A stretch of DNA of 64,000 bases from an uncultured Acidimicrobiaceae bacterium (GCA_964584755.1 CAZPAV010000004.1:7386-71385), one strand, 5' to 3'; positions 26,679-37,070 are shown, counted from the first letter of the stretch. Program-made: numbers and translations. Notes: generated by a model from the letters alone, not told the origin.

Positions 26679-27006
26679 CAGGGGACGGAGCGTAGTGGGT
26701 GGGGCCTGCCGGGGGCGGTGTCTCCGCACCGGGCATCCTCGTCGAGGGTCGGTGGTCGCGAGGTCCCGTCCGGACGGGGGAGGTCGTCGCCACGTTCCCC
26801 CTCCAGCCGGGCTGCACGTCGCGATGCCTCGTGCCACGGCGCGCCCCTCCCGGCGGTCACCGAGCCCGGGTCCCACGGCGAAGGCGACACCGACTGGTAC
26901 CGTCGGCAGCGGACGGACTCGAACCAACGAGTCTCCGCGAGTCCGGACGGGTGCCGGCGATGCCGATTCGCGACCACACCGAAGAACCTCCGGAAGCGAG
27001 GTCGCC

Positions 27007-28509
27007 GTGAGGATCGCCGTCGCGTCGATCATGCAGGAGACGAACACGTTCGCTCCCCGAACCTGCCGCCTCGACGACTTCGTCGTCGCCTCCGGATCGG
27101 CCGCCGCGGACCGGGTGAGCGGAACGAACTCCGAGATGGCCGGTGCCCTCGAGGCGGTGGCTGCACAGGGCGCCACGGCGGTCCCGATCCTCTACGCCTG
27201 GGCCATGCCGAACGGGCCGGTGGAGCACGAGGCCTTCGTCCACCTCACCGACGAGCTCCTCGCCCGGCTCGCCGCCGGACCCGGATGGGACGCGGTCGTG
27301 CTGGGGCTGCACGGTGCCATGGCGACGACCGAGATCCCCGACGCCGACGGCGAGCTCCTCGCCGCGGTGCGGCGCCTCGCCGGCCCCGCGATGCCGATCG
27401 TCGTCTCTCTCGACCTCCACGCCAACGTGACCGCCCGCATGGTCGCCACGGCGAGCGCGATCGTCGCCTACCACACCGATCCCCACGTCGACATGGCGGC
27501 CACGGGCCGGCGCGCCGGAGATCTGGCCGTCGCCACCGTCGCCGGGCGCATCCGGCCGTTCACGGCGTTGGCGAAACGACCGCTGCTCATCCCGGCGGAG
27601 GCCATGAACACCACCAGCGGGCCGCTCGGGGAGGTGCGCCGGCTCGTCGACACCGAGGCGAGGACCGAGGTGGTCGACGTCTCGCTGCTCCCGGTGCAGC
27701 CGTGGCTCGACGTCCCCGAGCTCTCCTTCGGCGTCCTGGCGACCACCGACGGAACGCCGCGTCTCGCCGGGGAGCTGGCCGACTGGTACGCCGAGGAGGT
27801 GTGGCGGCGACGCCACCGGTTCCGGGTCGATCGTCTCCTCGACCCGCCGGCGGCCGTCGCCGCGGCGAGGAGCACCTCCGTTCGTCCTTTCATCATCGCC
27901 GAGTCCGCCGACGCCCCGACGGCGGGTGCCGCCGGCGACAGCCCGGCGATGGTGCAGGCCCTCGCCGAGCGGGCCGGAGACCTCGTGTCGTACGTCCCCG
28001 TCGTGGACCCGGCCGCAGTTCGGGCCTGCCACGACTCCGGCGTCGGGGCCACGGTGGAGCTCATCGTCGGCGCGGGGATCGACGGTCGGTGGTTCGATCC
28101 GGTACCGATCCGCGGTCGGGTCCTGAGGGCCGGCGCCGGCACCTACCGCCTCACCGGCCGGGGCTACACCGGGATGGAGGTGTCCATGGGGAGGTTCGCC
28201 GTGGTCGCCTCCGGGGGGCTGCACCTCCTCCTCAGCGAACGACCGGCCTGGTCGGCCGATCCGGCGACGTTTCGCCATGCCGGTCTCGAGCCGTTCGAGG
28301 CGGACGTCCTCGTCGTGCGATCCTGCAGCGACTTCCGTCCCAACTACCCCGAGAGCGCCGCCGAGGCGGTGACGCTCGACGTTCCCGGACCGGCCACGCC
28401 GCGCCTGGAGGCCCTGCGGTTCGAGCGGGCGCCGCGGCCCCTGTGGCCGCTCGACCCGATCGGCGACGAGGGCCCGGGGCGCACCCCACGGGTCGAGCGC
28501 GACGGATGA
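27007..28509 (+). CDS. MlrC-family (M81, microcystinase C-like) protein, DUF1485+DUF1446
   Basis: N-terminus VRIAVASIMQETNTFAP matches MlrC family start (RIAIGGISHETNTF); ~500 aa; GTG start within ORF 26560..28509. Confidence 0.65.
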   Translation: MRIAVASIMQETNTFAPRTCRLDDFVVASGSAAADRVSGTNSEMAGALEAVAAQGATAVPILYAWAMPNGPVEHEAFVHLTDELLARLAAGPGWDAVVLGLHGAMATTEIPDADGELLAAVRRLAGPAMPIVVSLDLHANVTARMVATASAIVAYHTDPHVDMAATGRRAGDLAVATVAGRIRPFTALAKRPLLIPAEAMNTTSGPLGEVRRLVDTEARTEVVDVSLLPVQPWLDVPELSFGVLATTDGTPRLAGELADWYAEEVWRRRHRFRVDRLLDPPAAVAAARSTSVRPFIIAESADAPTAGAAGDSPAMVQALAERAGDLVSYVPVVDPAAVRACHDSGVGATVELIVGAGIDGRWFDPVPIRGRVLRAGAGTYRLTGRGYTGMEVSMGRFAVVASGGLHLLLSERPAWSADPATFRHAGLEPFEADVLVVRSCSDFRPNYPESAAEAVTLDVPGPATPRLEALRFERAPRPLWPLDPIGDEGPGRTPRVERDG

Positions 28510-28727
28510 TCCGACGCACCGGTGGGACCCGTCCCGTCGGCGGAGGGCCCCGCTCCGAGTTCGGCCCGACGGCGGTGCCGGACGGCCCCGCCCATCTCCG
28601 CGACGGCGGATCCGCGCCGGCGCCCGTCGCCGTAGGGCCTGGGGATGCCGGACGCTGGCGCGCCGAGGACCGCCCCCGCCCTGCCGCGCCGGATCCTCCG
28701 AAGACGGAGGAAGCGGCGCACGACGGG

Positions 28728-28740
28728 TAATATCACATAT
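28728..28740. promoter_or_regulatory. AT-only motif TAATATCACATAT, ~86 nt upstream of the GntR-family gene start
   Basis: Member of a recurring ATAT-core palindromic motif family. Confidence 0.35.
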
Positions 28741-28819
28741 CCCGCGGCGACGGACCGTCGAATCGGAGACTCAACCTGCGCGATCGCAGCGTCGCGGCCT
28801 GGCGAGATGGTGGAGTGAC

Positions 28820-29503
28820 ATGGCGACCAACATCGATGGGGGAACCGGCCCGAGCCTCATGCAACGGGTCCTCACGCTGACCAGGGAGCGGATCCTGAGC
28901 GGCGAGTACCAGCCCGGCATGCCGCTGCGGATCCAGAAGCTCGCCGCGGAGTGCGGCGTCAGCCTCATCCCGGTCCGCGAGGCGCTGCGCATCCTCCAGG
29001 CGGAGCGCCTCGTCGTCGCCGTCCCGAACAAGGGAGCGAGGGTGGCGCCCCTGTCGCTGCAGGACATGCGCGACCTGTACGCCGCCCGCATCCTCATCGA
29101 AGCCGACGCGGTGCGCACGGCGCGTCCGTTCACACCGGAGGAGGCCGCCGAGGTGCAGGAGCTGCTCGACGAGCTCGTCGCCGCCGCCACCGGGGGCGAC
29201 GAGCCGAAGGCGATGGAGCTCCACCGCCGTTTCCACTTCGCCATCTACGACCGCACCGAGTCGCGCTGGCTCCCCTACCTCATCGATCTCCTCTGGAAAC
29301 ATGCGGAGCGGTACCAGCGGCTCTCTCTACAGTTCCGCCACGACGCCGCCCACGACGAGCATCGGCGCGTCCTCAACGCCCTCCTCATGGGCGACGGCGA
29401 GCGCGCCGCGAAGCTGCTCGAGGCGCATCTGCGGGCCACGGCGCGTCTCCTCGAGGAGGCGTACGCCGACACGCTGCCGGAGGAGCACGCCGCCACGATG
29501 TGA
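28820..29503 (+). CDS. GntR-family transcriptional regulator (FadR/FCD subfamily)
   Basis: N-terminal wHTH (LAAECGVSLIPVREALRILQAERLVV) + C-terminal all-helical FCD domain with His residues (HRRFHFAIY, HDEHRR). Confidence 0.85.
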   Translation: MATNIDGGTGPSLMQRVLTLTRERILSGEYQPGMPLRIQKLAAECGVSLIPVREALRILQAERLVVAVPNKGARVAPLSLQDMRDLYAARILIEADAVRTARPFTPEEAAEVQELLDELVAAATGGDEPKAMELHRRFHFAIYDRTESRWLPYLIDLLWKHAERYQRLSLQFRHDAAHDEHRRVLNALLMGDGERAAKLLEAHLRATARLLEEAYADTLPEEHAATM

Positions 29504-29513
29504 GGCGCGGCGT

Positions 29514-30332
29514 TCAGGAGGCCAGGAAGTCGAGGATCACCTCGAGCGACTCGTCCGCCTGCTCGACGTAGTGACCGTGTCCGCTCCCGGGGAAGACCTC
29601 GAGTCGTGAGTTCGCCAGGTGCTCGGCGACGTAGCGGGCACCGGCGCCGTCGGGGCCCATGTCGAGCGGGGTGAGGACGTCCTCGGAGCCCACCATCACC
29701 AAGGTGGGGACCCGGATGTCGGAGAGGCGGTCGGTGACGTCGCTGTCGATCATCGCCTGGCAGGCATCCACGAAGACCTCCAGGGAGGCGTTGCGCGCCG
29801 TGACGTCCCGCATCGCCTCCACCACGTCGTCGAGCCCGGTCCGGTCGAGGTACTCCCGCGAGAAGGCCTTCGTCGCCAACTCCTCGGCGAGCTCACGCGA
29901 GGCGATGCCGTAGGCCCGGGCGATGTGCTGCCACACCCGGAAGTGGAGGGTGGCCATCCGGTCGCACCTGGCGACGGCTCCGGCGCCGAGGAGGAGCTTC
30001 TCCACCTTCTCCGGGTACATGGCGGCGAAGGTGATGGCGATGAAGCTCCCCATGGACCCGCCGTGGATGTGGGCCCGCCCGACCTCGAGCTCCTCCATCA
30101 GCGCGGCCAGGTCGTCACACCAGTCGGCGAGCGTGTACCGCTGTCGCGGCCGGTCGGAGAGGCCGTAGCCGCGGTGGTCGTAGTCGAGGACCCGGTAGTG
30201 ACGGGCGAGCACCGGGGTGACGGTGGCGTAGCCCTCGTGCGCGCTCACGGCTCCGCCGATCTGGACCACCGTCTCGCCCGACCCCGTGAACCGGTACCAG
30301 AGCCGGGTCCCGTCGATCTTCACGGTCGGCAT
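29514..30332 (-). CDS. Alpha/beta hydrolase
   Basis: Nucleophile elbow GGSMGS, HGG oxyanion region; 272 aa from MPTVKIDG; 3' part of giant shadow ORF 29514..33368. Confidence 0.75.
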   Translation of the reverse strand: MPTVKIDGTRLWYRFTGSGETVVQIGGAVSAHEGYATVTPVLARHYRVLDYDHRGYGLSDRPRQRYTLADWCDDLAALMEELEVGRAHIHGGSMGSFIAITFAAMYPEKVEKLLLGAGAVARCDRMATLHFRVWQHIARAYGIASRELAEELATKAFSREYLDRTGLDDVVEAMRDVTARNASLEVFVDACQAMIDSDVTDRLSDIRVPTLVMVGSEDVLTPLDMGPDGAGARYVAEHLANSRLEVFPGSGHGHYVEQADESLEVILDFLAS

Positions 30333-30382
30333 GTCGTCCCCTTCCTCGAGGAGGCGGACGGGGATCTCCCCGCCGGCGCGGG

Positions 30383-31213
30383 TCAGGACCCGTCCACCAC
30401 CGGGTTCGTGAGCGTCCCGATCCCCTCGATCTCGATCGTCACCTCGTCTCCGGGTCGCAGGTACTCGGCGGGGGAGCGGGCGAACCCCACACCCGGCGGC
30501 GTGCCGCTGGAGATGACCGCCCCGGTACGGAGCGTGATGGCGGTGCTCATGAAACTCACCAGGTGGGGCACGTCGAAGATGAGCTCCTCGGTGTTGGAGG
30601 CCTGCTTGAGCTCGCCGCCGACCCACAGCCGCACGTCGAGCGACTCCGCCAGACCCAGCTCGTCCACCGTGGTGATCCACGGGCCCATGGGTTTGAACGT
30701 GTCGAACGACTTGGCCCGCGTCCACTGGCTCTCGGACATCTGCACGTCCCGCGCCGAGACGTCGTTGATGATCACGTAGCCGGCCACGTGGTCCATCGCC
30801 TCGCTCGGCGGGATGCCGCGACCTCCCCTCCCGATCACGATCCCGAGCTCGGCCTCCCAGTCCACCTGGCGCGTCACCGCCGGCAGCTCGATGGGTGCTC
30901 CCGGCCCGGTGATGGCGCTGGGGAGGAAGGCGAAGATGAGGGGAGAGCTGGGCAACGCCTGCCCGGATTCCTCGGCGTGGTCGCGGTAGTTGAGGCCGAC
31001 GCCGACGAACTGTGGTGGATCCGGGATCGGTGCCAGGAGGGTGATCTCCTCGAGGGGAACCGGTCGCGCCGACGCCCTCGCCTCCCGGAGGTCGGCAGGC
31101 GACGCCGTGAGCAGGGTGTCGAGATCCGGGGCGGGGGTGGGCACCCACGCCCGCTCGTCGTCGATGAACCCCCACGAGATCCGCCCCTCGTGCGCGAAGC
31201 GTCCGACCCGCAT
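30383..31213 (-). CDS. Fumarylacetoacetate hydrolase (FAH) family hydratase/decarboxylase
   Basis: FAH-fold motifs GVGLNYRDHAEE, WEAELGIVIG, PGDEVTIEIEGIG. Confidence 0.85.
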   Translation of the reverse strand: MRVGRFAHEGRISWGFIDDERAWVPTPAPDLDTLLTASPADLREARASARPVPLEEITLLAPIPDPPQFVGVGLNYRDHAEESGQALPSSPLIFAFLPSAITGPGAPIELPAVTRQVDWEAELGIVIGRGGRGIPPSEAMDHVAGYVIINDVSARDVQMSESQWTRAKSFDTFKPMGPWITTVDELGLAESLDVRLWVGGELKQASNTEELIFDVPHLVSFMSTAITLRTGAVISSGTPPGVGFARSPAEYLRPGDEVTIEIEGIGTLTNPVVDGS

Positions 31214-31249
31214 CCCGATCCTTTCGCGCCAGCCTGCGCCCGGTCAGAT

Positions 31250-31261
31250 TGTATATTATCA
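31250..31261. promoter_or_regulatory. AT-rich motif TGTATATTATCA in the divergent FAH/RidA promoter region
   Basis: Same motif family; 37 nt from FAH start, 150 nt from RidA start. Confidence 0.35.
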
Positions 31262-31403
31262 AAGACGGGTCCGCGGGTCCCGACGAGGACACGTCCCGCG
31301 CCGCCGCTCCCGGTGTGCCTCGGGAGGGCGACGAAGCTCGTCGTGGGGGACGGGGCCGCCGCGGTGACCGGCGAGGCCACGGACGCGCCGAGAGGAGACG
31401 GGT

Positions 31404-31796
31404 ATGACCCACGAGGCGATCGACGTCCCGGCACTGGGACCACCACCCGAGCCGTACTCCTACGCCGTCCGCGCCGGGAACACCCTGTACCTCGCCGGCC
31501 AGGTCGCCCTCGACGACGCGGGGAGGATCGTCGGGGAGACGACCAGAGAGCAGGCGCGTAAGGTGTGGGAGAACATCGGGGCGGTCCTGGAGGCGGCGGG
31601 AGCCTCCCTCGCGGACGTCGTCAAGGTGACGTACTACCTGGCGGACATCCGGGAGATCGCCGACGAGATCGAGGTGCGGCGGGAGGTCTTCGCCGGTCGC
31701 GTGCTCCCCGCGGTGACGGCCGTGCAGGCCGCGGCGTTGGGTCTCCCCGGGTTGAGGATGGAGGTCGACGTCGTCGCGGTGGTGCCGGATGCGTGA
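31404..31796 (+). CDS. RidA/YjgF family enamine/imine deaminase
   Basis: YSYAVRAGNTLYLAGQVALD ... KVTYYLADI ... typical RidA; 130 aa. Confidence 0.85.
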   Translation: MTHEAIDVPALGPPPEPYSYAVRAGNTLYLAGQVALDDAGRIVGETTREQARKVWENIGAVLEAAGASLADVVKVTYYLADIREIADEIEVRREVFAGRVLPAVTAVQAAALGLPGLRMEVDVVAVVPDA

Positions 31797-31983
31797 GTAC
31801 ACCCCGGAGGAGGTGGCGGCGTTGCTGGAGCGGGCCGGGCTCGCCGCCGCGGCGCTCGACCCGGAGGCGACCGCCGCCGACCTCACCGAACGGACCGAGC
31901 TCAACGACGGGCTGGAGCCCCTCCTCGACGCACCCGGCGTCGAGGAGGACTTCACGGCCTTCGATCCGCGGTGGCCGGCATGA
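31789..31983 (+). CDS. AtzG-like small acidic protein (DUF4089-type) partner of the downstream amidase
   Basis: 64-aa acidic ORF overlapping RidA stop and amidase start (ATGA); arrangement small ORF + amidase-signature enzyme + RidA resembles AtzG/AtzE. Confidence 0.45.
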   Translation: MREYTPEEVAALLERAGLAAAALDPEATAADLTERTELNDGLEPLLDAPGVEEDFTAFDPRWPA

Positions 31984-33386
31984 CCGCCTCCCGGATCCGT
32001 GAGCTGTCCCTCCGGCTCCGCGACGGGACCGTCACCGCCCGGGACCTCGCCGCCGCCGCCGTCACCGCGGCCACGACCGGCAACGACGCGATCGGGGCCT
32101 TCGTCATGGTGGAGGAGGCGACCGTCGCCGCCGCGGCCCGACGGGCCGACGAGGAGCTGGCGGCGGGCCTCGATCGCGGGCCTCTGCACGGCGTCCCCGT
32201 GGCGGTCAAGGACATCATCGACGTGGCCGGATGGCCGACCCGGTGCGGATCCCCCACGTACCCGAACACCCCGGTGGCCGGCGACGCCGCCGTGGTGCGC
32301 CGGCTCCGCGACGCCGGCGCGGTGATCATCGGGAAGACCACGGCCCACGAGCTGGCCTGTGGCGTCTCCAGCCCGCCGGCGAGGAACCCGTGGAACGTCG
32401 AGCGGGTTCCCGGCGGATCCTCCGGCGGGTCCGGGGCCGCCGTCGCCGCCGGCGTCGTACCGATGGCCCTCGGGAGCGACACCGGGGGGTCGATCCGCAT
32501 CCCGGCGGCGGTCTGCGGCGTGGTCGGGATCAAGCCCACCTTCGGCAGGGTGTCGCGGGCCGGCGTCGAGCCGCTGTCGTGGTCGCTCGATCACCTGGGA
32601 CCGCTCGCGGCGACGGTCGAGGACTGCGCCATCACCCTCGGCGTGCTGGCGGGAAGGGACCCCGCCGATCCGGCGACGCTCGATGAGCCGGTGCCCGAGT
32701 ACACGTCGCACCTGGGACGCGGGGTCGACGGCCTCCGCGTCGGCGTGCTGCGCGGCGAGCCCTTCGCACCGATGCAGCCCGGCGTGTCGGCGGCGTTCGG
32801 CGCGGCCGTCGCCTGCCTCGAGGAGCTGGGAGCGACCCCGGTCGAGGTGACCGTGGCCGAGCTCGGGTACGCGATCGCCGCCGAGTTCGCCGTCATCGCC
32901 CCCGAGGCGGGCCACTACCACCGACGAAGGCTCCGTGACCACGCCGCGTCGATCGACCCCGCGATTCGGGCACTGCTCGTCTCGGGCCTCCTCCTGCCCG
33001 CCGCCCAGTACGTGCGCGGCCTCCAGGCCCGGAAGGCGATCGCCGCCGCGCTCCGCCGGTCCTTCGTCGAGCACGCCCTCGACGTCATGGTGACGCCGAC
33101 ACTGCCGGCGACGGCGGCGGGTGTGGAGCAGGAGGAGCTCGCCTACGAGGACCGCGTCGAGCCGGTGACCATCTCCTACGTGCGGACGACCGCGCCCTTC
33201 AACCTGGCGGGTCTCCCCGCCCTGTCGGTGCCGTGCGGATTCGACGGCGCCGGCCTGCCGGTGGGTCTCCAGGTGGTCGGCCGTCCCCTCGAGGAGCACG
33301 TCGTCTTCCAGGTGGCCGGCGCGTACGAGGAGGCGACACCATGGCACGAGATGCGTCCACCGCTCCACGTGGAGGCGAGCCCGTGA
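31980..33386 (+). CDS. Amidase-signature family amidase (AtzE/GatA-like)
   Basis: AS motif GGSSGGSGAAVAAG...GSDTGGSIRIPAA, catalytic K (VAVKD) and S-cis-S; ATG at 31980 overlapping upstream stop (GTG at 31971 also possible). Confidence 0.85.
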   Translation: MTASRIRELSLRLRDGTVTARDLAAAAVTAATTGNDAIGAFVMVEEATVAAAARRADEELAAGLDRGPLHGVPVAVKDIIDVAGWPTRCGSPTYPNTPVAGDAAVVRRLRDAGAVIIGKTTAHELACGVSSPPARNPWNVERVPGGSSGGSGAAVAAGVVPMALGSDTGGSIRIPAAVCGVVGIKPTFGRVSRAGVEPLSWSLDHLGPLAATVEDCAITLGVLAGRDPADPATLDEPVPEYTSHLGRGVDGLRVGVLRGEPFAPMQPGVSAAFGAAVACLEELGATPVEVTVAELGYAIAAEFAVIAPEAGHYHRRRLRDHAASIDPAIRALLVSGLLLPAAQYVRGLQARKAIAAALRRSFVEHALDVMVTPTLPATAAGVEQEELAYEDRVEPVTISYVRTTAPFNLAGLPALSVPCGFDGAGLPVGLQVVGRPLEEHVVFQVAGAYEEATPWHEMRPPLHVEASP

Positions 33387-34405
33387 GCACGGACATGCGG
33401 GTCCTGGTGTTTCGCGGTCCCCACGACCTCGTCGTGGAGCGGCGCCCTCGTCCCCGGCCGGGACCCGGGGAGGTGCGGCTGCGGGTGGCGTACGTCGGGA
33501 TCTGCGGCTCGGACCTGCACGGCTACACGGGCGAGTCGGGGCGTCGGGCGCCCGGCATGGTCATGGGTCACGAGACGAGCGGCTGGGTGGAGGCCCTCGG
33601 CTCGGGGGTCGCCGGCCTCGCCATCGGGGAGCCGGTCACCTTCAACCCTGCCCTGGCGTGCGACGGCTCCTGCGGACACCGGGTGGAGAACCAGTGCGCG
33701 CGACTTCGCGTCATCGGCGTGGCGCCCGAGCTCCAGGGATCCTTCGCCGATGCCCTCGTCGTCCCGGCCGACCGGGTGGTGCCGCTCGCCGGCGTCGACC
33801 TGCGGGCGGGCGCCGCCGTGGAGCCGATGGCGGTCGGGCTCCAGGCCACACGGCGCGCCGGCGTGATGACGGGCGACCGGGTGCTCGTGGTGGGCGCCGG
33901 GATGATCGGCCGGTGCATCGCCCAGGCGGCACGTCGGGCAGGGGCGGGCGAGATCGTCCTCACCGACACGATGGGCGAACGACGGGCGCTCGCCGCCGCC
34001 GCCGGGTTCGTCGCCTGCCCCCCCGAGGACGTCGCCGAGCGGACCCCCTTCGACGTCACGTTCGACGCCGTCGGGCTGACGCCGACGGTGGCGATGGCGG
34101 TCGGCGGCGTCCGCACGGGTGGGACCGTCTGCCTCGTCGGGTTGGGCGGACCCAAGGTCGGCCTGCCGCTCTTCGACGTCGTCGTCGCCGAGCGGGTCAT
34201 CGTGGGCAGCTTCTGCTACACCGACGCCGTCTTCGTGGAGACGGTACGGGCCATCGCCGACGGCGGCCTCGACGTGACCCCCTTCCTCGGTGCGGTCGAG
34301 GCCCTCGACGCCGCCCCGGAGGCGTTCGAGGCGCTCGCCACCGGGGCCAGGACCGACGTCAGGATCATCGTGGCCACGGGCAACGAGGCGCCCGCGGCCA
34401 CCTGA
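33383..34405 (+). CDS. Zinc-dependent alcohol dehydrogenase (MDR; threonine/sorbitol dehydrogenase-like)
   Basis: CGSDLH...GHE catalytic Zn motif, structural Zn Cys cluster (CDGSCGHRVENQC), Rossmann GAGMIG; GTGA overlap with amidase stop. Confidence 0.8.
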   Translation: MSTDMRVLVFRGPHDLVVERRPRPRPGPGEVRLRVAYVGICGSDLHGYTGESGRRAPGMVMGHETSGWVEALGSGVAGLAIGEPVTFNPALACDGSCGHRVENQCARLRVIGVAPELQGSFADALVVPADRVVPLAGVDLRAGAAVEPMAVGLQATRRAGVMTGDRVLVVGAGMIGRCIAQAARRAGAGEIVLTDTMGERRALAAAAGFVACPPEDVAERTPFDVTFDAVGLTPTVAMAVGGVRTGGTVCLVGLGGPKVGLPLFDVVVAERVIVGSFCYTDAVFVETVRAIADGGLDVTPFLGAVEALDAAPEAFEALATGARTDVRIIVATGNEAPAAT

Positions 34406-34452
34406 CGAACGGGTCGCCTCCCGCCGGCCGGTGTGCCGGGGGGCGGTCCGCC

Positions 34453-35370
34453 TCAGCCGGCATCGACCGGTTCCCACCCCATGGCGGAGAGTCGCGCCAG
34501 AGCGAGCAGCAGCGCCTGGGTCCCGTTGCGACCGCCGCCCTGTGCCTGGAGGGCCACGTAGAGCTGGTGGGCGAGCGCCAGGCCGGGGACCGCCAGGCCC
34601 ATGCCCGCCGCCTCCCGCAGCGCGATGCCCATGTCCTTGACGAAGTGGTCGACGAAGAACCCGGGCGAGAAGTCTCCCCGGAGGATGCGAGGCCCGTAGT
34701 TCGTGAGCGACCAGGAGCCGGCGGCACCGCCGCTGACGGCGGCGAAGGCCTTCTCCAGGTCGAGGCCGGCCCGCCGCGCGTACAGGAGCGCCTCACACAC
34801 TCCCACCATGCCGCTGGCGATGAGGATCTGGTTCACCATCTTCGTGTGCTGGCCGGCACCGGGCCCGCCGACGTGGACGATCGTCTCTCCCAGGATCTCG
34901 AAGAAGGGCCACGCCCGAGCGACCCACTCCTCCTCCCCGCCGACCATGATCGAGAGGGTGGCGTTGCGGGCTCCCACGTCGCCGCCCGAGACCGGGGCGT
35001 CGATGGCGCCGACGTCGCGGGCCGCCGCCGCTTCGGCGATCTCGACGGCGAGCGACGGCTCGCTCGTGGTCATGTCGACGAGCAGGGATCCCGGCGCGGC
35101 GCCGCCGAGCGCGCCCGAGTCGCCGAGGAACACCTCGCGCACGTCGGCGGGGAACCCCACGATGGCGAACGTGATGTCCGCGGCGCCGGCGACCTCCGCG
35201 GGGCTGTTCGCCCACCGCGCCCCGCGCGCCTCCAGCCGTGCCGCCTTCCCGCGGGTGCGGGTGTAGACGGTGACCGGGTACCCCGCGTCCAGGAGGTGCC
35301 CGCACATCGCCTCGCCCATCACCCCGGTCCCGACCCAGCCGAGTCTCGTCGTTCCTGACACGTTCACCAT
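34453..35370 (-). CDS. NAD-binding 3-hydroxyisobutyrate/6-phosphogluconate dehydrogenase-like oxidoreductase
   Basis: GWVGTGVMG Rossmann start, catalytic-Lys region, NAD_binding_11 C-terminus; internal ATG of ORF 34453..35460. Confidence 0.8.
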   Translation of the reverse strand: MVNVSGTTRLGWVGTGVMGEAMCGHLLDAGYPVTVYTRTRGKAARLEARGARWANSPAEVAGAADITFAIVGFPADVREVFLGDSGALGGAAPGSLLVDMTTSEPSLAVEIAEAAAARDVGAIDAPVSGGDVGARNATLSIMVGGEEEWVARAWPFFEILGETIVHVGGPGAGQHTKMVNQILIASGMVGVCEALLYARRAGLDLEKAFAAVSGGAAGSWSLTNYGPRILRGDFSPGFFVDHFVKDMGIALREAAGMGLAVPGLALAHQLYVALQAQGGGRNGTQALLLALARLSAMGWEPVDAG

Positions 35371-35429
35371 GGTGTCTCCTCCTCGAGGAAGCCGCCGGCG
35401 CGGCGCCGGCTCGTCGGATAGTCTCGTAC

Positions 35430-36281
35430 GTGACCGCGACGAGGATGCTGCCCATGCCACTCACGAGCCTCCCGACGGGGATCGACATGTACTACGAGGT
35501 CGAGGGTCGAGGCGACCCCCTGCTCCTCATCATGGGCACCGCCGCCGACCACACCACCTGGTCGGCCCAGGTCGAGGCGTATCGGGACCACTTCCGTGTC
35601 ATCACCTTCGACGCGCGGGGAACCGGCCGCTCCACCCATCCGGAGCCGATCGACGAGTACTCGATGCGGATCCTCGCCGACGACGCCGTCGCCCTGCTCG
35701 ACCACCTCGGCGTCGAACGGGCCCACGTCAGCGGCCTGTCCCTGGGGAGCGCCACCGCCCAGGAGCTCGCCATCAACCACCCGGAGAAGGTGGCCACGCT
35801 CCAACTCCACTGCACCTGGGGTCGCAGCGACGAGTGGTTCCGGCGCATGATCGAGTCCATGGAGTTCGCCGTCGCCCACGACGACTTCGGCACGTACATC
35901 CGCACCGCGTTGCTGTGGGTGGCGAGCCCCGCCTTCCTGAACGAGCAGCCCGACGACGTCGCCGCGTTCGAGCGGGGGTTCATCCTCGAGAACCCGTACC
36001 CCCCCTCGAAGGAGGGGATGATGGGGCATTTCCACGCCGACAAGACCCACGACGCCCTCGACCGTCTCGGTCGCATCGCGGCACCGACGCTCATCACCTC
36101 GGGCGAGATGGATTGGCAGGTCCCCACCCGGTACGGGCTCGAGGTCCAGCGACACATCCCCGGGTCGACGCTGCACGTCTTCGGTGGTCCGCACTCCAGT
36201 CACATCGCCTTCTACGAGATGGCGGAGGAGTGGAACGACTTCACGCTGGCGTGGCTCCGGCGGCACGGGCCCATCCGGTGA
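35430..36281 (+). CDS. Alpha/beta hydrolase
   Basis: GLSLGS nucleophile elbow, HG..., C-terminal His; 283 aa. Confidence 0.75.
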   Translation: MTATRMLPMPLTSLPTGIDMYYEVEGRGDPLLLIMGTAADHTTWSAQVEAYRDHFRVITFDARGTGRSTHPEPIDEYSMRILADDAVALLDHLGVERAHVSGLSLGSATAQELAINHPEKVATLQLHCTWGRSDEWFRRMIESMEFAVAHDDFGTYIRTALLWVASPAFLNEQPDDVAAFERGFILENPYPPSKEGMMGHFHADKTHDALDRLGRIAAPTLITSGEMDWQVPTRYGLEVQRHIPGSTLHVFGGPHSSHIAFYEMAEEWNDFTLAWLRRHGPIR

Positions 36282-36304
36282 TGTGACGGGGGACATGCGA
36301 GGGC

Positions 36305-36955
36305 TCAGTGCGCGGTCCAACCGCCGTCGACGACCACGACGGAGCCGGTGACGTAGCTCGCGGCGTCCGAGGCGAGGAAGAGCGCCGCTCCTTGGATCTC
36401 GTGCAGCTCTCCCCAACGGCGGAGCGCGACCTCCTGGGAGATGACGCGCACCGCGTGCGCCGAGTTCCGGTGAGGGATGTTCATCTCGGTGAGGAACGGC
36501 CCGGGAGCGATGGCGTTCACGTTGACGCCGATGTCCGCCCACTCGAGGGCGAGCGCCCGGGTGAGCTGAACGAGGGCGCCCTTGGAGGTGGTGTACGCGG
36601 TCCGGTCCGGCGCGGCCACGAGCCCGAACGTGGAGGCGACGTTGATCACCCGTCCCCGACCCGAGCGACGGAGGTGGGGGACGGCGGCGCGACACAACAT
36701 CCACGGCCCGGTCAGGTTCACCGCCAGGGAACGGTCGAAGTCGGCGCGGGTCAGCTCGTCGATCGCGCCCCGGACGTTGATGCCGGCGTTGTTGACGAGG
36801 ATGTCGAGTCCGCCGAGCTCCGCGACGACCTCGGCGACGGTCCGTTCCACGTCCGCCTCCCGGGAGACGTCGCCGACGACCGGGAGCACGGCACGTCCGC
36901 TGCTCGCGGCCAGCTCCCGGGCACGAGCGAGCAACTCCGGTTCGGACCGGCTCAT
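36305..36955 (-). CDS. Short-chain dehydrogenase/reductase (SDR); Rossmann N-terminus encoded upstream of listed ATG without canonical in-frame start
   Basis: NNAG, S...YxxxK (YTTSKGAL) and PG motifs in ORF; upstream in-frame codons encode LFRLDGRVALVTGGSRGLG (TGxxxGxG) back to ~37070 but no ATG/GTG/TTG. Confidence 0.7.
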   Translation of the reverse strand: MSRSEPELLARARELAASSGRAVLPVVGDVSREADVERTVAEVVAELGGLDILVNNAGINVRGAIDELTRADFDRSLAVNLTGPWMLCRAAVPHLRRSGRGRVINVASTFGLVAAPDRTAYTTSKGALVQLTRALALEWADIGVNVNAIAPGPFLTEMNIPHRNSAHAVRVISQEVALRRWGELHEIQGAALFLASDAASYVTGSVVVVDGGWTAH

Positions 36956-37070
36956 CAGCGCGACGTCGGCGCCTACCCCGGCCAGGGCCGCGGCGATGGT
37001 CGCCCCGAGCCCCCGGGAGCCTCCGGTGACGAGGGCGACCCGGCCGTCGAGACGGAAGAGATCGAGCGGG

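Noticed and set aside
29514-33368. 1284-aa minus-strand ORF
   Set aside because: Only the 3' 272 codons (alpha/beta hydrolase, 29514-30332) have protein-like sequence. The rest is antisense to FAH-region, RidA and amidase genes. The 46877..49861 minus ORF is the same: only the SBP part from ATG 48628 is real.
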